Assembly (NCBI GenBank): GCA_964400675.1
Contig: CAYNVO010000001.1
Span: forward strand, 139,919 to 203,918
Direction of reading: 5' to 3'
DNA length: 64,000 nucleotides
Origin: an uncultured Dehalococcoidales bacterium
GTDB taxonomy: Bacteria > Chloroflexota > Dehalococcoidia > GIF9 > UBA5629
In this document: positions 57,250 to 64,000 of the stretch, piece by piece
How the letters are laid out: each line of letters begins with the position of its first letter
Numbering within the stretch: the stretch's first letter is position 1
Program-made: the position numbers and the translations under genes
Notes under the pieces: model-generated
Told to the model about the DNA's origin: nothing
The model's input: only the letters and a program-made list of their open reading frames with translations
Databases searched by the model: none

Positions 57250-58236
57250 TTATTCAGATTGGTTTGTTTGATTATACAGGTGACAGGCGACGAAATGACC
57301 TTCTGCTATTTCAGCTAATTCGGGTTCCTCTTGTTTACAGATTGGTATTACCCGATGACATCTGGGGTGGAAGTGGCAGCCGGGTGGGGGGTTGAGAGGA
57401 GAAGGCACATCTCCATGCAAGAGTATTCTGGCTTTATCTTTTTGCTTAAAGCTGGGTACCGCTGAAAGTAAAGCTTCAGTATAAGGATGTAGAGGATTTT
57501 CGAAGAGGTCCTTATTATTTGCCAGCTCCACGATTTTCCCCAAATACATTATGGTTACCCTTTGTGCCATATGCCTTATCACCGATAAATCGTGGGCGAT
57601 GAGCAAATAAGCCAGGCCGAACCTTTCCTGAATGTCCATCATCAGATTCAGAATCTGAGCCTGTATGGATACATCCAGTGCACTCACTGGTTCGTCAGCG
57701 ATGATAAGCTTCGGGTTCATAGCTAAGGCACGAGCGATGCCGATGCGCTGTTTCTGGCCGCCGCTGAACTCATGTGGATATAGATTAGCTTGCCCGGATT
57801 CCAAGCCGACTTGTTCCATTAACTCAGCTATCCTATCTATTCGTTCCCTTTCGGTGCCAATCTTATGGATAATCAGGGGTTCGCATATGGAATCACCGGC
57901 GGTCATTCTCGGGTCGAGAGAGGCGTCGGGGTCCTGGAATATTATTTGGATTTCCCTTCTTAATTCCCTGAGCTCCTTGTTGTCCAGCCTGGTAACATCG
58001 GTTCCTTTGTATAGAATTTCTCCGCTGGTTGGTTCCTCCAGCCTGGGGATTGTTCTGCCCAGTGTTGATTTGCCGCATCCTGATTCGCCAACTAAACCTA
58101 TGATTTCTCTTTCGCTTATGTCGAAGGTCACCCCATCTACGGCTTTTATATCTCCGATATGACGTGAGAAGAATCCGGCGGTCACCGGATAGTACTTTTT
58201 GAGGTTTTTTATTTGTAATAAATTGTGATTCAGCAT
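57250..58236 (-). CDS. oppF: oligopeptide ABC transporter ATP-binding protein
   Basis: Walker A GESGCGKST, LSGGQKQR, C-terminal oligopeptide/dipeptide ABC domain. Confidence 0.85.
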   Translation of the reverse strand: MLNHNLLQIKNLKKYYPVTAGFFSRHIGDIKAVDGVTFDISEREIIGLVGESGCGKSTLGRTIPRLEEPTSGEILYKGTDVTRLDNKELRELRREIQIIFQDPDASLDPRMTAGDSICEPLIIHKIGTERERIDRIAELMEQVGLESGQANLYPHEFSGGQKQRIGIARALAMNPKLIIADEPVSALDVSIQAQILNLMMDIQERFGLAYLLIAHDLSVIRHMAQRVTIMYLGKIVELANNKDLFENPLHPYTEALLSAVPSFKQKDKARILLHGDVPSPLNPPPGCHFHPRCHRVIPICKQEEPELAEIAEGHFVACHLYNQTNQSE

Positions 58237-59201
58237 GGGTATAAATGGCAGCTTACCTTGTGCTCCTTTGAAATCGTTGTTTCCGGCGGCTCTTTTTGGC
58301 TACAGATTTTCATCGCCTTGGGACATCTGGGGTGGAAAGCACAACCTTGAGGCATTTCGGTAGGATTGGGTGTTGTCCCGGGAATCGATACCAGCCTGCC
58401 TGTGGAGTTGGAGGCGCCAGGCAGGCATTCGATTAAGCCGGAAGTGTAGGGATGCTTCGGGTTGCCAATTATTTCAGAGACTGATGCCGTCTCGACATCC
58501 TTTCCGCCGTACATGACAACGGCTCGGTCTCCTATTTCAGCTACTACTGCCAGGTCGTGTGTTATGAAGATGGTGGACATCTGTCTACTTGCCTTTAACT
58601 CGCGAAAGATGTCCAGAATTTGAGCCTTTATAGTAACATCTACGGCAGTTGTTGGTTCGTCAGCGATGAGGATTTGTGGGTCGCAGGATAGGCTTATGGC
58701 TATTAATACTCTTTGTTTCATGCCACCTGATAGCTGGTGTGGGTAGTAACTCATCACTCTTTCTGCTGATGGTATGCCCATTTCGCTGAGCAAGGTTATA
58801 GCTCTGTGTCTAGCCTTGCTGTCATCCAATGGCAGATGGTTCTTTATTTGTTCGATTATCTGGTCACCTATAGTCAATACAGGATTCAGTGCAGATTGCG
58901 CCTCTTGAAAGACTATAGCGATATCTTTACCTCTAATTTGCCTTAGTTGTTTTGAGGAGCATTTGGTCAGGTTCAAGCCGTCATAGCTTATTTGACCGTC
59001 GACTATCTTCCCCGGGGGGCTATCAAATAGGCGCAAAATGGATAGTGCTGTAACTGTCTTGCCGCAGCCGGATTCGCCGACGAGGCAGAGACATTCACCG
59101 CGCCTGAGTTCGAAGTCAACACCGTCTACAGCTTTGACTATGCCGCGACCGGTGAAGAAGTATGTCTTAAGATTGCTGACCTTCAAAATGATATTGTCCA
59201 T
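58230..59201 (-). CDS. oppD: oligopeptide ABC transporter ATP-binding protein
   Basis: [16 protein letters not shown]. Confidence 0.85.
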   Translation of the reverse strand: MDNIILKVSNLKTYFFTGRGIVKAVDGVDFELRRGECLCLVGESGCGKTVTALSILRLFDSPPGKIVDGQISYDGLNLTKCSSKQLRQIRGKDIAIVFQEAQSALNPVLTIGDQIIEQIKNHLPLDDSKARHRAITLLSEMGIPSAERVMSYYPHQLSGGMKQRVLIAISLSCDPQILIADEPTTAVDVTIKAQILDIFRELKASRQMSTIFITHDLAVVAEIGDRAVVMYGGKDVETASVSEIIGNPKHPYTSGLIECLPGASNSTGRLVSIPGTTPNPTEMPQGCAFHPRCPKAMKICSQKEPPETTISKEHKVSCHLYPC

Positions 59202-59206
59202 GGCGT

Positions 59207-60169
59207 CTATATGTTGCTCTTGGGGTCGAAGGCGTCTCTGAGTCCATCGCCCAAAAAATTAAAAGCAAGAACTGTCAGGAAAAGCATGACTCCTGGTTCC
59301 ACAGCTACCCACCAGGCAGTGTTGAGGCTATGTTGGCCGGCTTCCAGGATTATTCCCCAGCTAGGTACTGTGGGGTCACCCAAACCGATAAAACTCAAAG
59401 CAGCTTCGGCTAGGATTACCCCCGGGATAGATAGGGTGGCCATGACAATAATCAGGCTCATGACGTTGGGTATGAGGTGGCGGAAGATGACTCTGTTATC
59501 GCTGGCGCCCAAAGCTTTTGCAGCGACTATGAACTCTCTTGTTCTGAGCGACAGAGACTCGCTTCTAATTAACCTGGCAGTGCCTGTCCAGCCGGTCAGC
59601 CCTATTGCCAGCACTATGAAAGCCAGACTTGGGCCAAAAATGAAAATTATGAGCACCAGTAACAGGAAGAAGGGAAAGGTCATCATAATGTCGGTGAATC
59701 TCATCAGAGCGTTGTCGACCCATCCGCCCAGATAAGCTGATAAGACGCCGATGATCGTTCCCAGGATTATGGCTATGCCGGTGGCAATCAAGCCAACCAG
59801 CAAGGAGACCCTGGCTCCAGAGACTATCATTGCCAGCATGTCGCGCCCTTTGCTATCTGTGCCCAGCGGATGTTCCCATGTTCCGGAGATTTCTTTCGTG
59901 GTGGATTCATCGGTCTCTATGCTGTATAGGGATTGTTCGATGGTAAAGCCCACGGGCGGCATGTTTTTTTTCTCGAAATTGACTGCTGTTGGGTCTAATG
60001 TAAAGGATGGTCCAATTATGGCCAGTACGACCAAGAAGATTATGAAAGCCAGGCCAGATACGGCTAATTTGTTTCTTCGCGTCCTTTGCCAGTAGTAATT
60101 GACCAGTCGTGTGTTGGGGCGTAAATGCTGGCTAATTTTTCTGACTTTATCTCGTAGCATTTCAGTCAT
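59207..60169 (-). CDS. oppC: oligopeptide ABC transporter permease
   Basis: BPD-transport permease with 6 TM helices; EAA-like loop. Confidence 0.85.
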   Translation of the reverse strand: MTEMLRDKVRKISQHLRPNTRLVNYYWQRTRRNKLAVSGLAFIIFLVVLAIIGPSFTLDPTAVNFEKKNMPPVGFTIEQSLYSIETDESTTKEISGTWEHPLGTDSKGRDMLAMIVSGARVSLLVGLIATGIAIILGTIIGVLSAYLGGWVDNALMRFTDIMMTFPFFLLLVLIIFIFGPSLAFIVLAIGLTGWTGTARLIRSESLSLRTREFIVAAKALGASDNRVIFRHLIPNVMSLIIVMATLSIPGVILAEAALSFIGLGDPTVPSWGIILEAGQHSLNTAWWVAVEPGVMLFLTVLAFNFLGDGLRDAFDPKSNI

Positions 60170-61139
60170 ATCTTATCCTTGGGTCAAGATAAGTATAGGT
60201 AACGTCGGTTACCAAGTTGACCAGCAGCACTATGGATGTCCCGATGAGGGTCACAGCTACTACCACGGGATAATCATTAGCAAAGATGGCGTTGAAGGAT
60301 ATTTGCCCTAGTCCTGGTATACCGAAGATGATTTCGGTGAGATAGGCTCCGCCGAAAACGATGCTGCCTAAATCGAACATTATTATGGTGATGAGGGGCA
60401 GCATAGCATTTCTGAAGACATGTTTGCCGATTACAGTTCGTTCGGGCAAGCCTTTAGCTCGAGCGGTGGTGACGAATGCCTTCCTCAGATTATCGAGCAT
60501 AGCCGACCTGGTATACCTGACATAGCCAGCTAGCATCCCTGTGCCCAAGGTTATAACGGGCAGCACCAACGCTTTTAGATTATCAATAGAGAACAGGGGC
60601 AAAGTGGTGTCGTAGTAGGTCTTGAATATCCCCAGTTGTACCGAGAAAACCAGAATAAGCATGATGCCGAGCCAGAAGTTTGGTATCGATATTCCGATAA
60701 ATGAGAGGAAGGTAAAAGCATAATCTGTCTTGGTATATTGCTTAACCGCTGAGTAAATGCCGATTAAGATGCCGAGGAAAGCAGCAAACAGGCTACTTAA
60801 TAGTATGAGTTGAAATGAGTAAATCCAGTGGGTCTTGATTAGTTCGGTTACCGGCATAGAGGTACTGAAAGACCATCCCCAATTCCCCTGGAATAGGTTG
60901 CCCACATAGTCTATATATTGCTCGTAGATAGGCTTGTCCAGGCCGTACCGCGCCTCAATGGCAGCCTTTACCTGTGCCACATCCTGTCCTCTGACAGCGA
61001 GGTTTGCCAGATACTTATCAGCTGGCGAACTGGGGCCCACTCTGACCAAAATGAAGGTGATGGTCAGTATGCCAAATGCGATGATGACCGTGTAGATGAG
61101 CCTCTTGATAATGTAATCCCTGAGCCAGCTTTTCCCCAT
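60162..61139 (-). CDS. oppB: oligopeptide ABC transporter permease
   Basis: 325 aa permease, overlaps oppC by 8 nt. Confidence 0.85.
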   Translation of the reverse strand: MGKSWLRDYIIKRLIYTVIIAFGILTITFILVRVGPSSPADKYLANLAVRGQDVAQVKAAIEARYGLDKPIYEQYIDYVGNLFQGNWGWSFSTSMPVTELIKTHWIYSFQLILLSSLFAAFLGILIGIYSAVKQYTKTDYAFTFLSFIGISIPNFWLGIMLILVFSVQLGIFKTYYDTTLPLFSIDNLKALVLPVITLGTGMLAGYVRYTRSAMLDNLRKAFVTTARAKGLPERTVIGKHVFRNAMLPLITIIMFDLGSIVFGGAYLTEIIFGIPGLGQISFNAIFANDYPVVVAVTLIGTSIVLLVNLVTDVTYTYLDPRIRYD

Positions 61140-61245
61140 GAAGGATGCTTACCTCGTCACTATGAAACTGAGTCAAGAGGGCTGGATTCTTAGACCGCTC
61201 TGCTCGAGGTTCTTCGTTTCGTCTAGTATGACAGGAAATGAAGCT

Positions 61246-62982
61246 TTATTCAAAATACCACAGATAGTAGTTATAGCCTATGCTGGGGCCAGGTTCTATC
61301 CCCATGACGTTCTTCTGGAAGCCTAGATTGACTCTGTGATAGAGGAGGAAATCCGCAGGCAAGTCCTCAGAAAGCAGAAGAGATAGCTCGGCGTATATTT
61401 GTTTACGGGCCTCTATGTCTAGCGCCTCTTTTGTTTTAATTTGTTTGAATAAATTGTCCACTTCGGGGTTAGAATAGCCCATAAAATTGAGGCCTCCGTC
61501 GGTGGCGTAGAAAACTTGGCTTCCGGATGGTGCCAGCACATCGCTGCCAAAGCCCAACAAAAGCATGTCCCACGCCTGCTCGCTCACCGCTTCAGCACCA
61601 TTGTTGTCTCGGGGTTCCTGGTCACTACCGGGGACTTTGTTCTCCATGAATTGCCTTAGTAGCGTAGCCCATGGTACCAGCTTTATCTCTGTTTCTATCC
61701 CTAAAGTAAGGAGTTCCCGTCTTACCTGGAAAGCTATGTCCTCGGCAACTTTGCTACCCTGATTGGTTACCAGGACTAGATTAAGAAGACTGCCGTCTTT
61801 CTTGGTGACACTTATGGTGCCATCTTCTTTTTTGACTCCATAGCCTTCCTGGTAAAAAATCTCGGCGGCTTTCTCCTTATCATAAAGCTCTCCCACTCCG
61901 TATCTGGCTATACTCTCATTGTCATACCATGGGGATATTGAAGGGATAAAGCTGAAGGCAGGCTCGGCGAATCCGAGGAGTATAGACTGCGTAATGGTAT
62001 CTTTGCTTATTGACATGGCTATGGCTTGTCTGATGGACTTGTTTTTCAATCCATCCCAGCCGTTAGCTCGCTGATTAAAAGCTAAGACGGTACAACCCCC
62101 GCTTGGTAGGGTGTACACTTTGATATTCTCCATATTTCTGAATCTGTTGGCTTGTTCCGGTTCTATTCCAGAGTAGGTTATGTCACCGGCTTCTAGAGCT
62201 GCCTGCCTGGTGGCTGGGGTGCCGAAGAGTTTTACTATGTATTGGTCAAAGTAGGGAGCTCCGGCATCTTTCCCCAGATAATATTCGGGATTACGCTCAA
62301 CCAGGAACTTATCATTCCTGTTCCACTCCTTGAATCGGTATGGCCCTAGGTTTCCCGTGTAGGTCAGGTTGTTGAACTCAGGTGCTTCGGTAAAGGCTTT
62401 GACATCACCCTCGTATATAGTGGCGATATACTTGGGGTAGGGGAACAGGTCGTAAATGATGTAGACGAACTCAGGGTCAACGGTTCTGCGGGTTATCTTG
62501 AATGTGGTGGCATCGATTACTTCAGGTGTGACAAAGACCTTCTCGCCGTTCAACTCTTCTTGCCAGTCTCCTTTGTATGGATAGTTCAGCCAGTCTGAGA
62601 ACATGAGGTTCTTCAGTGTGTAGACATAGTCTTCCGCAGTGACTTGTGAGCCACTGCTCCATTTGAGGTCATCTCTGATGGTTACAGTATAAACCAAACC
62701 GTCTGTTGATACCTCTACATCCTTAGCCAGACAACGCAACTGGATGTTGAAGTTGTTGTCGTACGTGGCTAGCGAGTCTACTGTGTGGTCGTAATAACTC
62801 GAAGAAGTGGCATCACTGATCAGTATCCGGTTTAGGCTCTCGGCATCACCGCCTGAAACTCCTTCTATAAAGTTGCCTCTAGTTGAGATGCCTTCGTCTT
62901 CTTTAATCTCGCCTTTGGTGCACCCTGCGGTCAATATAATCAGTACAATTGATATGGCTATGAGAATTCTTAATTTCTTCAT
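61246..62982 (-). CDS. oppA: oligopeptide ABC transporter substrate-binding lipoprotein (solute-binding protein family 5)
   Basis: Lipobox LTAGC; 578 aa. Confidence 0.85.
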   Translation of the reverse strand: MKKLRILIAISIVLIILTAGCTKGEIKEDEGISTRGNFIEGVSGGDAESLNRILISDATSSSYYDHTVDSLATYDNNFNIQLRCLAKDVEVSTDGLVYTVTIRDDLKWSSGSQVTAEDYVYTLKNLMFSDWLNYPYKGDWQEELNGEKVFVTPEVIDATTFKITRRTVDPEFVYIIYDLFPYPKYIATIYEGDVKAFTEAPEFNNLTYTGNLGPYRFKEWNRNDKFLVERNPEYYLGKDAGAPYFDQYIVKLFGTPATRQAALEAGDITYSGIEPEQANRFRNMENIKVYTLPSGGCTVLAFNQRANGWDGLKNKSIRQAIAMSISKDTITQSILLGFAEPAFSFIPSISPWYDNESIARYGVGELYDKEKAAEIFYQEGYGVKKEDGTISVTKKDGSLLNLVLVTNQGSKVAEDIAFQVRRELLTLGIETEIKLVPWATLLRQFMENKVPGSDQEPRDNNGAEAVSEQAWDMLLLGFGSDVLAPSGSQVFYATDGGLNFMGYSNPEVDNLFKQIKTKEALDIEARKQIYAELSLLLSEDLPADFLLYHRVNLGFQKNVMGIEPGPSIGYNYYLWYFE

Positions 62983-63153
62983 CTGTCAACCTTCCTAGAT
63001 TTTGTATTTGTGTCGCTTTGACCGTAGCTATCTTTTTTTATTGGCTCGTTTCGATTGTTGCCTACCCTTAGTTTCGTTTGTTGCTTTATTGCCTTGCCTG
63101 ACTTGAAACGATTCAAATTAAGAAAACCTTTGCTTGACATAAAACAAATAATC

Positions 63154-64000
63154 CTAAATGAAGCTTTCCTTTATCTGAAGAATTACCTCGTCAACGCTGT
63201 CAGGGGTTTCTGAGATAATACGCTTGATGGCTTCTTCGACTTTCTGATATTTATGCGTATCGTAAAGGTCATCCAGTTTCTCATAATAGCCGGCCCTTCT
63301 TCCCAGCCTGAAATTGAGTTTTTCCCGGGGTGGTAGTGTTAGATATCTGTTTATTGTAGCCAGACAGGCTGATTTTGCCTCTGGGAATTTACCTTCTAAT
63401 TCGGGCAGGAGATTCAATATATGGTCGCTCTTAAATTCACTGGTTACCTCGAGCTTTTCAATGAGTTTACCGATTTCTTCAACCACCTCGTCTTCTTTCT
63501 GGAGTTCAAAATCGCCAGCTTCTACTTTTGACCACAAGAGTATATTCTCACGGACATGAAGGGTGCGTAATCTGATGTAATCGGGGTCGATTTCATTAAG
63601 AACTCTGGCTGTGCCGGTGATGTGGTCCGATGACATTTTTCTGCCGCCGAGTCCGGGCATAATATATTCACATAATGAAATGCCAGCCTCTTTTATGTTT
63701 TTGCCACCTGCGATGTGTTCTTCCGCTGTAACCCCTTTCTCCATATAGCTGAGCACAAGGTTGGAGCCGCTTTCCATTCCGATGTGTAATCGGGAAAGTC
63801 CGGCATCTTTTAGCTCTTTCAATTCGTCTAATGACTTTTTGGCGGCAGTCTTTGAACGGGCATACGAGGTTATCCTGTTGAGTTCTGGAAAAGCTTGTTT
63901 CAGAAAAGAGACTACTTTTACCAGATCAGGCGTCCTCATTATAAGGGTATTAGCATCTTGAAGAAATGCGGAATTGCCACCTGCCCATAGCCAGAGAGCC
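63154..64000 (-). CDS. radical SAM-domain protein, 5' (N-terminal) end beyond the window
   Basis: The reading frame stays open upstream of the annotated Met to the window edge. LHIGMESGSNLVLSYMEKGVTAEE resembles the MiaB/HemN-type [LH].[VM][EQ]SGS..VL..M.RG.T motif. Confidence 0.55.
   Translation of the reverse strand, partial: ALWLWAGGNSAFLQDANTLIMRTPDLVKVVSFLKQAFPELNRITSYARSKTAAKKSLDELKELKDAGLSRLHIGMESGSNLVLSYMEKGVTAEEHIAGGKNIKEAGISLCEYIMPGLGGRKMSSDHITGTARVLNEIDPDYIRLRTLHVRENILLWSKVEAGDFELQKEDEVVEEIGKLIEKLEVTSEFKSDHILNLLPELEGKFPEAKSACLATINRYLTLPPREKLNFRLGRRAGYYEKLDDLYDTHKYQKVEEAIKRIISETPDSVDEVILQIKESFI

Noticed and set aside
1-64000. Prophage, integron, transposon or integrative element
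   Set aside because: No integrase, transposase, recombinase, or phage structural or conjugation genes were recognised anywhere in the window. Accessory content appears as single-gene insertions and repeats.

Overview
This 64 kb window looks like a chromosomal segment from a Chloroflexota/Dehalococcoidia-like bacterium, with GC near 49%. The lineage call is inference from gene content: a bacterial Elp3, a methanogen-type COG1900/NIL-ferredoxin homocysteine pathway, and a Thi4-type thiazole synthase. Most of the window is housekeeping, and no integrase, transposase, cas genes or CRISPR array were seen.

Core genes, in order:
- relA/spoT (partial, runs off the left edge), cysK, a MOSC-domain protein, fdhD, nadA, cutA
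- rpoD, a nitroreductase, an enoyl-CoA hydratase, hisS, thi4
- a Zur-ZnuABC operon, ftsY, lgt, recJ, mtaB
- tRNA-Arg and tRNA-His, an amino-acid permease, uspA, two trkA genes, pheA
- two large paralogous 7TM-GAF-GGDEF sensor proteins (the first with an added HD-GYP domain), elp3, and an oppABCDF operon

Accessory or unusual content, embedded in that background:
1. A 624-aa SIR2-like NADase-domain protein with an uncharacterised C-terminal helical domain, co-oriented with a 46-aa zinc-ribbon gene and next to a 1.1 kb non-coding region full of tandem and inverted repeats. This is the best candidate for an undescribed single-protein defence-like module.
2. An AT-rich gene (about 35% GC), evidently horizontally acquired, with an N-terminal NERD/PD-(D/E)xK-like nuclease motif, placed directly after the opp operon.
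3. A family of at least 7 hairpin-forming intergenic palindromic elements (REP/MITE-like), sitting after gene 3' ends, one of them expanded into a 22-bp tandem array.
4. An 829-bp identical block shared by the two GGDEF paralogs, which points to gene conversion.
5. A 70-bp duplication of the cutA 3' end bracketing a 1.8 kb segment. That segment carries a gene built from perfect 120-bp tandem repeats and one of three paralogous CxxC zinc-ribbon genes. Two of the zinc-ribbon genes share a conserved 115–150 nt leader and a conserved downstream hairpin, next to an RRM RNA-binding gene.
6. An in-frame TGA separating an acidic region-1.1-like segment from the rpoD ORF.
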